From NCBI GenBank assembly GCA_038230095.1, contig JBBRNT010000001.1, positions 48,848 to 112,847 on the forward strand: DNA of 64,000 nucleotides, written 5' to 3'. How positions within the stretch are numbered: the first letter of the stretch is position 1; every line of letters begins with the position of its first letter. Origin of the DNA: Candidatus Saccharimonadia bacterium. GTDB lineage: Bacteria > Patescibacteriota > Saccharimonadia > UBA4664 > JBBRNT01. Made by a program: the position numbers and the translations under genes. Positions 28,571-40,253 of the stretch are shown here, in pieces. The notes under the pieces are model-generated. The model was not told the DNA's origin, did not search any database, and worked only from the letters and a program-made list of their open reading frames with translations.

Positions 28571-30343
28571 ATGAATATTGCTGAATCTGCTCGTACACAG
28601 CTATCGCCCGAGGCCTTGGCTAATCTGGAACTCTGGCTCACTGATGACCGTTTTGCCGCCTTTCGTCAGGACATTGAGGCTCTGGTAACCGCCGCAGACT
28701 GGGCGGAGCTAGAAGATGCTTTTTATACGCGGGTACGGGTGGGTACGGGTGGTATCCGTGGCAAGGTGGGGGCGGGGCCAAACCGGATTAATACCCGGAC
28801 TATTGGTGAGGCAGCGCAAGGCCTATCGAAATTTATCGAGGACTTTGGGCCAGAGGCGAAGGCCAAAGGCGTGATTGTGGGCCACGAGGTACGGGTGGGC
28901 TCTGAGGACTTTGCTAGGGTGTGCTGCGAGGTCTTTGCGGCCAATGGCATTAAGACCTGGTTGTTTGACGGAATACGTGCCACGCCAGAGGTGTCGTACG
29001 CGGTGCGACACCTGGGCGCAGTAGCTGGCGTGCAGCTGACTGCCTCGCATAATCCCCGCACGGATAACGGATTTAAGTTCTATTGGACTGACGGTGGGCA
29101 GGTGGTGGCACCGCTTGATCTGAAGTTCATGGCGCTTGTGCAAGCGGTGGATGTGATTGAGCTCATGGACTATGGGCAAGCTGAGTCGAGTGGCATGGTG
29201 AAGCTCGTGAGCCCCGACGTGGACGAAGCATATGTACGAGCAATTCTTGACCTCTCTCTGGTGCCTAGCCGGTCGGCGCAGATTACTTTTAGCCCGATTC
29301 ACGGTGCTGGCTCCACCAACGTGCTGCCCGTTCTGGAAAACGCTGGGTTTACAGTCCAAACCGTTGCCGAGCAGATAGAGCCCGATGGTCGGTTCCCGAC
29401 GGCTTACGGTAACCTAATTAACCCCGAGTTCCCGGAGGTGATGGAGCTAGCGATCAAGCGTGGCGAGGAGCATGCGGCGGATGTGGTGTTTATGTCCGAT
29501 CCAGATGCCGATCGTCTGGGCGTAGCTGCACGCCGACACTTGTCCGAAACAGGACTAGTACAGTTTACGGGCAACGAGATTGGCATACTCATGACTGCTT
29601 TTGTGATAGACCGGCTCAAGGCTTGTGGCAAGCTTCCGGATAAGGCACTGCTTATAGAGACCAATGTAACGAGTGCCCTAGTGGCCACGATCGGCCGGAG
29701 TGAGCAGGTTGAAGTCATAGACGATCTGCTTGTGGGTTTCAAGTTTATCGGTGAGATTATTGAGAAGCTGGAAACTCCAGAACGCTTTATTCTGGCAGCA
29801 GAAGAGAGCCTAGGATACCTGCGTGGAACATTTGTGCGTGATAAGGATGCCGCTATCTCAGCACTGACAATGGCCGAGCTGGTGAGTTGGCTGAAGGACG
29901 ATGGTAAGTCGGTACTGGACTATCTGGATGAGATCTACGCGAAGTACGGCTATGTGAAGAATGTCCTGCACTATATAGAGCTGCGCGGTGGTCGCGAGGA
30001 CAAGAACCGCATAGCAAACATTATGAAGGGCCTGCGGGCCAATCCGCCGACAGAAATTGCCGGCCTGCCCGTGCTGGCAGCAGAGGACCGTTTGCCAGAG
30101 GCGCAGCGTGATCCCCAGACCTATAGCCCAGGCTGGACTGGTGACCAAATAGCCTACTACTTATCTGAAGATAAACTGAACAAAGTTGTGGCGCGACCAT
30201 CTGGTACCGAGCCGGTGACAAAAATATATGTGCAGTACTATGCGCGACCAGGGCTAGATCGTGCCGGAGTAGATGCGCTGGTGCAGCGGGTTGAGCGTGA
30301 GTTTGTTGAACACTGCGAAAAACTGATGAACCAGGCTGCCTAG
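28571..30343 (+). CDS. pgm: Phosphoglucomutase/phosphomannomutase
   Basis: GTGGIRG, TASHNP, DPDADR, EESLG, RPSGTEP. Confidence 0.95.
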   Translation: MNIAESARTQLSPEALANLELWLTDDRFAAFRQDIEALVTAADWAELEDAFYTRVRVGTGGIRGKVGAGPNRINTRTIGEAAQGLSKFIEDFGPEAKAKGVIVGHEVRVGSEDFARVCCEVFAANGIKTWLFDGIRATPEVSYAVRHLGAVAGVQLTASHNPRTDNGFKFYWTDGGQVVAPLDLKFMALVQAVDVIELMDYGQAESSGMVKLVSPDVDEAYVRAILDLSLVPSRSAQITFSPIHGAGSTNVLPVLENAGFTVQTVAEQIEPDGRFPTAYGNLINPEFPEVMELAIKRGEEHAADVVFMSDPDADRLGVAARRHLSETGLVQFTGNEIGILMTAFVIDRLKACGKLPDKALLIETNVTSALVATIGRSEQVEVIDDLLVGFKFIGEIIEKLETPERFILAAEESLGYLRGTFVRDKDAAISALTMAELVSWLKDDGKSVLDYLDEIYAKYGYVKNVLHYIELRGGREDKNRIANIMKGLRANPPTEIAGLPVLAAEDRLPEAQRDPQTYSPGWTGDQIAYYLSEDKLNKVVARPSGTEPVTKIYVQYYARPGLDRAGVDALVQRVEREFVEHCEKLMNQAA

Positions 30344-30411
30344 CGGAGCGCTCTGTTGTCGTATAACTGAATCTGGTAGTATCTGGATAGTTCTTCGACA
30401 AAGGAGTGTGT

Positions 30412-30666
30412 ATGCCCCTGAACCCTCCATGCCCAGATGGCTTCCGAGAGATTGGAACCATGTGGATGCACAACAGCAACCAGGTCATGCTGCTATGCCA
30501 CGAACGCTGTCACTGCTTGGTAGTGCTGGCGGACGCCCGGCACCATGCTGATGCCTGTGCTCCGCTACTCGGTACGGCAGTGGCTGCTGGTCGGCGGGCG
30601 GTCAGACGCGTGAGTACGGCGTCACGACGGCGCGTGTTGCGTCCAGCCCAGCAAGCAGCGGCCTGA
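30412..30666 (+). CDS. Small Cys/His-rich hypothetical protein
   Basis: RBS AAGGAG; CHERCHC and HHADAC segments. Confidence 0.5.
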   Translation: MPLNPPCPDGFREIGTMWMHNSNQVMLLCHERCHCLVVLADARHHADACAPLLGTAVAAGRRAVRRVSTASRRRVLRPAQQAAA

Positions 30667-30667
30667 A

Positions 30668-30958
30668 ATGGAACACAACGAGGTTGCTTACCCAATTGCC
30701 GTTGGGTGGCACCTACGGCTTGCTATGGCGTTCGCGCTGGTAGCCGGGCTCGTACCCGGACTTGGCTTAGAGGGAAGGCACTGGGCGATACCGGTGACTC
30801 TCGTGTTCTTTGTCTGCGCTGCGGCCCTAATCTACCCAGTGCGGCCAAAGGCGCCCCCTAGCTCGCGACACCGACCGAGCTGGCAGCTGCGGCATGCTGC
30901 GGTGATGACGTTCGTGGTGTATGGCGTGGGATTTGGCGCGGCACGATCATCCGCCTAA
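30668..30958 (+). CDS. Small membrane protein
   Basis: Three hydrophobic segments; follows the previous ORF directly. Confidence 0.5.
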   Translation: MEHNEVAYPIAVGWHLRLAMAFALVAGLVPGLGLEGRHWAIPVTLVFFVCAAALIYPVRPKAPPSSRHRPSWQLRHAAVMTFVVYGVGFGAARSSA

Positions 30959-30982
30959 TACTTCTCTAGGAAGGGACTTGTA

Positions 30983-31297
30983 ATGGAGCCGTTCTACACG
31001 GGTACGTCTGAGGCTGCGCCCAGCTGGGGCCATGCCGAGCTGGTGGCAGAGCTACTGGCTGGTGCGGCTGGCATCTTGCTGGTCGCTGGCTATAGCAACA
31101 TTTTGTCAGTCATTGCCCTCTTAACGATCTTCTGGCTGGCCTTCCTCATACTGGTATCGGTTCACTGTAACCCCTGGTACCCATCTACGCGCTTTCCCCG
31201 GCATCCATTCCGTGGTGTGTTTGAGCTATTGTCGCTGCGCGTGACGCAGGGATTGCTGCTGGTGTTCTTACTCCGGCTCTGGATTCTCCTGGATTAG
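30983..31297 (+). CDS. Small membrane protein
   Basis: RBS GGAAGGGA; three hydrophobic segments. Confidence 0.5.
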   Translation: MEPFYTGTSEAAPSWGHAELVAELLAGAAGILLVAGYSNILSVIALLTIFWLAFLILVSVHCNPWYPSTRFPRHPFRGVFELLSLRVTQGLLLVFLLRLWILLD

Positions 31298-31379
31298 CTT
31301 CTGCCCACTGCCCGCTCCATCTGGAGCGGGCTAACTATTTGAGAGTGACAGTTCGCTTTATGATCGGTATATTGGACGT

Positions 31380-31928
31380 ATGAATTACGATATTACCCAG
31401 CTGAAATTCAAAGAGATCCGAGAGCTGGCGCTGGCGGAGGAGATAATTCTGATTACTCCTGCTGGCATGGACAAGCAGAAACTGCAGGCGAAAGCTATGG
31501 AGGCGGAGGCAAAGGAGCTGAAGAAGAAGCTCGGCGAGACAGCTCACGAGTACCCGGACCTACGGGAGAACGCCACGTTTGATGTACTCTCGGCCCAGCT
31601 GGAGCACCAGCTACCGGAGCAGCAGCTAGCACTGCGCCGCCAGCGTCTGAAGTCCCAGCTGTATGCGCCCAAGCGTAAGGTAGGCGTAGTCGGCTTTGAT
31701 GCTATCTGCCAGCTAGAGAATGTAGATGGCCAGCTGTATGAGTACTGGCTGGCTGGCCCCGTGGAAGCGGCCCTCAATCTGGAACGTGCGGGCGTGGCAG
31801 CCATCTCCTATCTGTCCCCCATAGGTAGGGCTATCTGGAACGCGAAGCTGGGCGACACCGTGGAGGTACACCTGCCGGCGAGCGGGCGGGAGAGGTTTGT
31901 CCTCTATACCATTACCGGGATCAGCTAG
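31380..31928 (+). CDS. GreA/GreB family elongation factor (divergent)
   Basis: ITPAG, DLRENA, ISYLSPIGRAI...GDTVEV. Confidence 0.85.
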   Translation: MNYDITQLKFKEIRELALAEEIILITPAGMDKQKLQAKAMEAEAKELKKKLGETAHEYPDLRENATFDVLSAQLEHQLPEQQLALRRQRLKSQLYAPKRKVGVVGFDAICQLENVDGQLYEYWLAGPVEAALNLERAGVAAISYLSPIGRAIWNAKLGDTVEVHLPASGRERFVLYTITGIS

Positions 31929-31980
31929 TACTACGGCTGCGCTGGGGCTATAATTCTGTTATAAGTTTGGAGCCTGCCGC

Positions 31981-32184
31981 ATGGAAGAAGATCTTCTGGA
32001 ACGATTTGAACGGCGTGAAGTGGCGGTTGTGGATGCTACTGGTGTAGACGCACACTTGGTCATAGCGGTGCTGGCCTGCCACACCTGCCGCTGCCTCGTA
32101 CTGGAGGAGGATGGCGAGGCGCACATTGTCTGGTGCGATGGTGTAAGCGGTGGCGCAAGTGATGCCGAGGCGTTGCTGGCCTAG
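31981..32184 (+). CDS. Small putative zinc-binding protein
   Basis: ACHTCRCLV...HIVWC; upstream TATAAT and GGAG. Confidence 0.5.
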   Translation: MEEDLLERFERREVAVVDATGVDAHLVIAVLACHTCRCLVLEEDGEAHIVWCDGVSGGASDAEALLA

Positions 32185-32219
32185 ACCTTGACTGTCTCAA
32201 ACCACATAGGTACCATTTA

Positions 32220-32246
32220 TTAGCACTCTCTCTTGTGGAGTGCTAA
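32220..32246 (+). promoter_or_regulatory. CIRCE element (HrcA operator)
   Basis: Perfect TTAGCACTC-N9-GAGTGCTAA just downstream of a TTGACT-N17-TACCAT promoter, upstream of groES. Confidence 0.97.
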
Positions 32247-32334
32247 TATAGTTATAACAATATTGAGTAGCATCGAGAGATCCCGCCAACGCGGGATACT
32301 TCGACAGAGCTCAACATGAATAGAGGAGGTCCAA

Positions 32335-34280
<1,946 letters not shown>

Positions 34281-34295
34281 GACTAGCTACTAGAT

Positions 34296-34323
34296 AAAAA
34301 AGACCCCTTTCGGGGTCTTTTTT
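34296..34323 (+). terminator. Bidirectional intrinsic terminator
   Basis: AAAAAAGACCCC-TTTC-GGGGTCTTTTTT. Confidence 0.9.
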
Positions 34324-34357
34324 AGTATACTGGGACCAGATATAACCTGGGTGCGCC

Positions 34358-35167
34358 ATGAGCGTGATTGAGAATGCCGAGCTGGATAGCGTAGCCACCA
34401 CCTTTAGCGGCGGAGGCGAGATACGCTATATTGCGGCGGCAGCACAGCTGGCACCAGGAGACTTCTCGGTGAATGCTGCGGACATATTTGCTACCTATGC
34501 GCACGCCCGAGACACTGGCCACCCCCGGATGGAGGGCATACGACGGGCAACAGAAGCGTACGTGGTGGACGAACCAAATCCGCTGAAGCGGCTCCAGGCA
34601 GATGTGATTATTAATGCGCAATACATGGCGCAGGTGAGCGGTGACCAGAATAGGATGCAGGAGGCGCTGAAGTCTGATCCTCGTAACGAGCAACTGCAGG
34701 ATGAGTCGCTGCGCATGAAGCGCCAGCTGGTGCGTTACAACCACGCCGTACGAGACCTCATTGCCAATAGCGATGGCAAGCTGAGGGCACATGAGCTAAA
34801 GAACTGGCTGGAGAAGGGGAGCAATGGTAACACTGCCTGGGCGGAGCGGACAGTCAGTGGGGTTGCAGCCGAGGTGGCTGCCGCGGCGGCGATTGATGAG
34901 ATACCGACTGTCAGCGTGCAGTTCGCTTCGGTGGAAGAAGACTTGCGAGGGGTGGATCTGAAAGTAATACCAGGTGATGGCCGGCCAGCGATTAATGTGG
35001 ATGTGAAAGTGGGCGGGAATCGCCCGCTCGATAATCTAGGTGTGCGCGAACGCAACGGGCAACGAGTGTATGAAGTAGGCCTGGAAAGCCGCTGGATGGA
35101 TGGCTTCTATCTGGATGCCAGCGGAAGGCGAAGTCTACAGGGCCAAATCGAAACAATTCTTGGCTAA
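34358..35167 (+). CDS. Hypothetical protein with possible PD-(D/E)XK nuclease domain
   Basis: GVAAE...EDLRGVDL...VDVK arrangement in the C-terminal half. Confidence 0.55.
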   Translation: MSVIENAELDSVATTFSGGGEIRYIAAAAQLAPGDFSVNAADIFATYAHARDTGHPRMEGIRRATEAYVVDEPNPLKRLQADVIINAQYMAQVSGDQNRMQEALKSDPRNEQLQDESLRMKRQLVRYNHAVRDLIANSDGKLRAHELKNWLEKGSNGNTAWAERTVSGVAAEVAAAAAIDEIPTVSVQFASVEEDLRGVDLKVIPGDGRPAINVDVKVGGNRPLDNLGVRERNGQRVYEVGLESRWMDGFYLDASGRRSLQGQIETILG

Positions 35168-35229
35168 TCTTGACTAAAACCGTTCTATCTGCTATAGTAG
35201 CTATGTTCCTTCGACAGAGATGAGCCGCT

Positions 35230-35454
35230 ATGCCTTCCCCCAACCCGGGCCAGGTGAGCCCGGCTTATCTGCCGGACTTCCCGCCCGAACTCCACCACCT
35301 GATCAAGCCCCACTTGGGCTGCCACTTCATGGCCGATCTGCTGAATTGCGGGTCACGAGGGCTTACAGCTCTAGAGCTGGACATGCTGAACGGCCACTTG
35401 GCCGCCTGCCCCCACTGCCAGCGCTACGTTGCCGCTTTGCAGGGCACCAACTAG
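35230..35454 (+). CDS. Small zf-HC2 (HxxxCxxC) zinc-finger protein
   Basis: HLAACPHC; TTGACT-N17-TATAGT promoter. Confidence 0.65.
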   Translation: MPSPNPGQVSPAYLPDFPPELHHLIKPHLGCHFMADLLNCGSRGLTALELDMLNGHLAACPHCQRYVAALQGTN

Positions 35455-35675
35455 CGCAATCTGATTGCGGCCCGCTTGCGTCAGATGACGTGCCTCTTAT
35501 CCGGGTCTTTTGGCCCGACCTATCCATACTCCACTACGCCAAATACTTGGCCTACTACCCCCCCCGGTCGCTTATGCGACCGGGGGTTTCTATTTGGCCG
35601 GATTGACAACTGATCTGGCGCTCCGTATTATCTGTAACTATTCACACGCATATACCCAAGAAGAGGGGGCCAGAA

Positions 35676-36368
35676 GTGGCACAGGGAGAAGTGACGTACG
35701 AAGAAGCATTCCGGCGGCTGGCCGATCTGACGCCCGAACAGCTCAAACTGACTCTGGGGGCTTGGGAGAAGTACGGAAACAGTGGACAGCAAACCGCAGT
35801 CAAGCACTGGCGTAATGGTAGGCGCCCAGGTCCTGGTAGTGCCAAACCCGACACCGGCAGGCTAGCTGTCGATACCTGGCACCGCCAGCTACGCGACTGG
35901 CGCATTGAGGCCAGAAGCAAGCCCGAGGCTGTGGCTACTGTCTTTCGCGACGCTTTGCCCGACAGCCTGCCAGGGCGGGCCTTGCGACGACTGGGGCCGT
36001 ACCACCGCGAGCTCATTGATGCCAATGCGGCTCACGAATGGGGCCCTCAGGGATTGAGAGGTGCGCTGGACCAGGTGTTCTTCCAACTACATGAGGAGAT
36101 TGATGTACTGCGCTTCCGTCTAGAGGTGGCCGATAAGCGGATGGCATTACTGCAGATCATTGATGCAGATGCCAGCTTATTGGGCCACCGCAGCAGGTAC
36201 TGCTTCCGGCTCAGCCTAGACACGGCGACAGTCGAGCAGACCGTGCAGGTACGCGACGAACTGGATGAGGTACACCAGGCAATCCGTCAACGGAAGCAGC
36301 AACAGCTTGAGCGCGACCTGCGCGCCATCTCCCGCCACCAGCCGCGTAAGCACGGCCGTCGCCGCTAG
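35676..36368 (+). CDS. Hypothetical protein with coiled-coil C-terminus
   Basis: Long ORF with purine-rich RBS and an upstream TTGACA promoter. Confidence 0.6.
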   Translation: MAQGEVTYEEAFRRLADLTPEQLKLTLGAWEKYGNSGQQTAVKHWRNGRRPGPGSAKPDTGRLAVDTWHRQLRDWRIEARSKPEAVATVFRDALPDSLPGRALRRLGPYHRELIDANAAHEWGPQGLRGALDQVFFQLHEEIDVLRFRLEVADKRMALLQIIDADASLLGHRSRYCFRLSLDTATVEQTVQVRDELDEVHQAIRQRKQQQLERDLRAISRHQPRKHGRRR

Positions 36369-36428
36369 TTTTGTCCCGTCACTGCCATGGTAGTGACGGG
36401 ATTGGCATTGGTGGGCTGATTAGTGGAT

Positions 36429-36457
36429 TTGACAATCGCTGAACGGAATTGTATATT
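36429..36457 (+). promoter_or_regulatory. Sigma70-type promoter
   Basis: TTGACA-N17-TATATT. Confidence 0.7.
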
Positions 36458-36510
36458 TCGCCTAATCTCGCTCCATGGCGGGGTTGCAACCCGACGAAGG
36501 GATTCACAAC

Positions 36511-36639
36511 ATGACTCATCCGGACATTGACATCGGTGCTGCCAAGAAGGCAGACACGATGGACTCCAACTGCACGACATCCGACCTCGACGTGACGGCC
36601 CCCGGCAACACCCGACACCGTCGGCGACACGCGGGCTGA
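36511..36639 (+). CDS. Putative 42-aa small protein (MTHPDIDIGAAKKADTMDSNCTTSDLDVTAPGNTRHRRRHAG)
   Basis: RBS GAAGGGA and GC3-rich codons; below the ORF-track length cut-off. Confidence 0.45.
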   Translation: MTHPDIDIGAAKKADTMDSNCTTSDLDVTAPGNTRHRRRHAG

Positions 36640-37060
36640 TAGCGCCGGGCCAGCACGGCCCCTCGCTATCGATCTCTCGCGCAAGCCTACCGTCCTTGGA
36701 CGGTACCAGAACGCGGGTGACAGGATGCCGATCATCCGTCACCCGCAAACTACCTTGTACAGCTGATCTGCTACGAATCCAAAACGTATCGGTAAGCAGG
36801 CAAGTCACGGCGGGGAGATGGTGGAGTGCTCATAACCTTCTCGATCTCGATTTCTCGCCGTGTGTTCTCCCGCTGCCATACTCCCGTTGGTGGCGGGTGA
36901 TCACTGGAACTGACCCCTAGGTCAGCTTCAGTGCGTGTAGCACGTAGTTGGCGCCTGCGGGCCCCGACGCGTGCTGCAGGGAAAGCCGGTGGGTGTAGGC
37001 GGATCCTGTCTCCGCAGCACCCACCGGCACCCCAGCGGGCGCAACTGATTACTCCTAGTC
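36638..37060 (+). ncRNA. Candidate large structured ncRNA of unknown family
   Basis: At least 8 consecutive hairpins with G-U pairs, a predicted pseudoknot, no credible ORF, bounded by a promoter and a terminator. Confidence 0.55.
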
Positions 37061-37065
37061 CACCT

Positions 37066-37097
37066 ACCCCACCTTGATTTCTATTGAGGTGGGGTTT
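37066..37097 (+). terminator. Intrinsic terminator
   Basis: ACCCCACCTTGA...TTGAGGTGGGGTTT. Confidence 0.75.
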
Positions 37098-37152
37098 GAC
37101 TTGGTGCCCTCAACCCCAGATGTGTGGCATAATTGGGGGTAACGGAGGGACT

Positions 37153-38181
37153 ATGCTCGATAATCTGGATACAATTGCCAAGTACGATAACCATAACGCT
37201 CTCGGAGTAATTGCCGGGCAACCTGAGCAGCTCAAACACGCCTGCGAGCTGCCCAAACGAGAGTGGGGAGAGGTACGCCAAGTAGTGCTCGCGGGTATGG
37301 GTGGATCGGCACTGGCGGCCCAGTTCCTGAGTAATTGGCTGGGCAGCCGCCTACCTGTGCCGCTTATTATTGTCCGTGACTATGACTTGCCTGAGTACAT
37401 TGGGCCAGAAACGCTGGTGATTGCCTCAAGCTATTCGGGTAATACCGAGGAAACTAGGGCAGCGCTGGCCGAAGCCCGCAAAAGAGGGGCGCAGATTGCC
37501 GTACTTACATCTGGCGGACAGATGGAAGAGCAGGCGGAGGCTCATGATCTGGAGCTCCTAGAGACCCCTAGTGGCCTACAGCCCCGCCTAGCAGTGCTTT
37601 ACAGCGTACGCGCCATTGCGCAGCTCCTAGAGGCCGTAGGCCTGGCAGAGCACCTAGTGGTGGAGCTGGAGAGCGGCGCAGACTGGATGATGGAGCAGCT
37701 TCCGGTGTGGCTAGCGGACAGCCCCACCAGTGGTAACCTGGCAAAACAGATAGCTGAGCGCCTGCTGGGCTTCACGGTAATTATCTATGGGGGCCCGGCG
37801 CTTGCCATGCCTACCATGAAATGGAAGATCGACATTAATGAAAATGCCAAGAATCTAGCATTCTTCAATGTGTTACCGGAATTTGACCATAATGAGTTTA
37901 TCGGCTGGGCCAATCCGGTGGATAAGGCCGTACGGGTGGTCGAGCTCCAATCATCGCTAGATAGACCACGGATTAACCAGCGGTTTGAGCTGAGTAACCG
38001 CCTACTCAGTGGGAGCATGCCGGAGCCAATAATTGTGGAGGCACAGGGAACTACTAGACTACAGCAAATGTTGTGGACGATCATTTTGGGCGACTTTGTA
38101 AGCGCCTACCTGGCGTTTCTGAATGGGATTGATCCGACGCCGGTTGATCTGGTGGAGAAGCTGAAGAAGGAGTTGGGCTAG
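37153..38181 (+). CDS. Bifunctional phosphoglucose/phosphomannose isomerase
   Basis: GMGGSA, SSYSGNTEET, QPR, INENAK, PEFDHNE. Confidence 0.95.
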   Translation: MLDNLDTIAKYDNHNALGVIAGQPEQLKHACELPKREWGEVRQVVLAGMGGSALAAQFLSNWLGSRLPVPLIIVRDYDLPEYIGPETLVIASSYSGNTEETRAALAEARKRGAQIAVLTSGGQMEEQAEAHDLELLETPSGLQPRLAVLYSVRAIAQLLEAVGLAEHLVVELESGADWMMEQLPVWLADSPTSGNLAKQIAERLLGFTVIIYGGPALAMPTMKWKIDINENAKNLAFFNVLPEFDHNEFIGWANPVDKAVRVVELQSSLDRPRINQRFELSNRLLSGSMPEPIIVEAQGTTRLQQMLWTIILGDFVSAYLAFLNGIDPTPVDLVEKLKKELG

Positions 38182-38292
38182 TCATTCCTGTGTTGGCTCC
38201 TTGGAAGGCCCCTTCGGGGGTCTTTTTTTTGCCTGTACTTATTTCAGTCGCGTATGCCCGCAGGAAAGTAAGGAGGACTGAGACGGGAGAGC

Positions 38293-39009
38293 TTATGGCT
38301 TGAGGCCGATAAAGGCTACATTGTGGGCGTAGGACTCTTTGTCGCGGCGGTAGCTATGGAGGGAGTCGTCAGAGAAGGTGGAGCGCGGGTCATGCTCAAT
38401 CTGGCTACGGGGTACGCCGGACTCTAGGAGCTGGTCAACAATACGGGCTGTGTAGTCTAGGTAGACCTTCGCGGGATCGGGGTGAGGGTGCCAGTACTTC
38501 TGATCAAACTTGTCCGCTACGTCGAGGTGTACTTCAAAGTCTGCGCCCGAGATTGCGGGCCCCACAAAAGCATAGATGCTGTGCGGAGTAGTACCATACT
38601 GTTTGGCCAAGGCAGAGATGGTCCCCGGCACAATGCCGGCCTCGGTGCCACGCCAACCGGCGTGAATATTGGCAAGGGCGTGGTGCTTCGGATCATAGAG
38701 CATGATTGCGGCACAATCGGCCATGCGAATGGTAAGGAGGTAGTCTGGCTGGTCAGTAATAATGCCGTCGGCTCTGGCGCCGTAGCCATTGCTAGGGACA
38801 GTAATAATGTCCCCGCCGTGGACCTGCTTGGTGGCAATGACGTGGTGAGGATTAAAGCCGACGCTAGTGGCGATGGCCTCAAATATGGCCCGGGCGTGTG
38901 GATCGGTAATGGTATTTAGATTGGCATTGGGTAGATCCTGCCCGCGGCCTATGAAGCCAGCGGTAAGCTCGGGAAAGGATTTGAAAATGTCTGGTGTATG
39001 GAAAAGCAT
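38293..39009 (-). CDS. pgeF: PgeF/YfiH purine nucleoside phosphorylase/laccase-domain protein
   Basis: QVHG, ADGIIT, ADC, HAGWRG, SYRR. Confidence 0.92.
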   Translation of the reverse strand: MLFHTPDIFKSFPELTAGFIGRGQDLPNANLNTITDPHARAIFEAIATSVGFNPHHVIATKQVHGGDIITVPSNGYGARADGIITDQPDYLLTIRMADCAAIMLYDPKHHALANIHAGWRGTEAGIVPGTISALAKQYGTTPHSIYAFVGPAISGADFEVHLDVADKFDQKYWHPHPDPAKVYLDYTARIVDQLLESGVPRSQIEHDPRSTFSDDSLHSYRRDKESYAHNVAFIGLKP

Positions 39010-39026
39010 GCCATTAGTGTAGCAAA

Positions 39027-40253
39027 CTACTCGTAACGAAGGGCTTCGATGGGGCGTTTGCGGGCTGCCTTGATGGCTGGCGCGAGGCCGAAGATTATGC
39101 CAATGAGCACTGATACACCGAAGGCAACGGACATGGTCTGAATGGTGAAGACGGGCGTGACGTGGGCGAGCTTGCCTACGCCATAGCCCATACCAAAGGC
39201 GCCAAGTACACCGAGAAGACCACCGATAAGCGAGAGAATAATAGCCTCAATGAGGAACTGGCCGGCAATAGTGGAGCGAGTAGCGCCGAGGGCCTTACGA
39301 ATACCGATCTCACGGGTGCGCTCGGTGACGGTGACAAGCATCATGTTCATAATACCGATGCCACCAACGAGAAGAGCAATGGAGGCAATGGCTGCCACAA
39401 ACGTTGAGAGCAGATCGAGTATGCCGCCAACAGTAGAGACGAGATCGGCCTGGGTAAGGACGCTGAAGTCTTCTTGACCACCGTGGTTGGCAAGGAGAGC
39501 TGTTTTGAGGCGGTCAACGCTGGGCTGAACCTGGTCGGACGAGTCGGCTTGCGCAAGGATACGGAGGATTTGAACATTGCCATCGGACAGGCGCTTCCCG
39601 GCTTCGAGAGGCAGGTAGGCTACCGAGTCGAAATTGGGTCCAGAGATGGCGCCGCCACCGGAGTCAGATTTCTTAATGACGCCAATAACCTGGAAGTCGG
39701 TGGAGCGGATCTTAACCGTCTTACCTACGGCGTCGTTTGAGCCGAAGAGCTCTTCCTTGAGGTCAGCGCCCAGAAGTGTAACATTACCGGCTTTCTCGGA
39801 GTCATTGAAGAAACGGCCAGCAGTGAACTTCTGCTCGCGTAGCACATTGTACTGGGTGGTTGTAGCAATAATAAGAGCCGATTGTGAGGTAGCGCCATCG
39901 TGGCTGACCGTGCCCGAAATGAGCGATATGGGCGCCACGGTAGTAATGTGTTTGACCGTGGCGATGGCATCTAGGTCCTTCGGGGTAAGGGTGGAAGCGC
40001 CAGCACTAGACGCAAAATTGGTCTGGGTCTTGCCCTTGCTGTCCTTACTGACAGTCTTTCCGCTGGTGACGGTAAGTAGATTGGTGCCGAGTCCGGTGAT
40101 CTGGTCAGAGACCTGTTTCTTAACGCCCTCGCCGACGGAGTTGATGGATACCACCGCGGCAATGCCAATGATGATACCGAGCATGGTGAGAAAAGAGCGT
40201 AGCTTACTAGCCCGGAGGCTCATAAAGGCCATTTTAATATTTTCCCAGATCAT
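39027..40253 (-). CDS. MacB-type ABC transporter permease
   Basis: RSFLTMLGIIIG, GGIGIMNMMLVTVTERTREIGIRKALGA. Confidence 0.95.
   Translation of the reverse strand: MIWENIKMAFMSLRASKLRSFLTMLGIIIGIAAVVSINSVGEGVKKQVSDQITGLGTNLLTVTSGKTVSKDSKGKTQTNFASSAGASTLTPKDLDAIATVKHITTVAPISLISGTVSHDGATSQSALIIATTTQYNVLREQKFTAGRFFNDSEKAGNVTLLGADLKEELFGSNDAVGKTVKIRSTDFQVIGVIKKSDSGGGAISGPNFDSVAYLPLEAGKRLSDGNVQILRILAQADSSDQVQPSVDRLKTALLANHGGQEDFSVLTQADLVSTVGGILDLLSTFVAAIASIALLVGGIGIMNMMLVTVTERTREIGIRKALGATRSTIAGQFLIEAIILSLIGGLLGVLGAFGMGYGVGKLAHVTPVFTIQTMSVAFGVSVLIGIIFGLAPAIKAARKRPIEALRYE

Noticed and set aside
36630-37066. Possible tmRNA (GGGCTGAT start, TCCACC near the end)
   Set aside because: No T-arm GGTTCGA, no CCA end, and no tag ORF ending in Ala-Ala.
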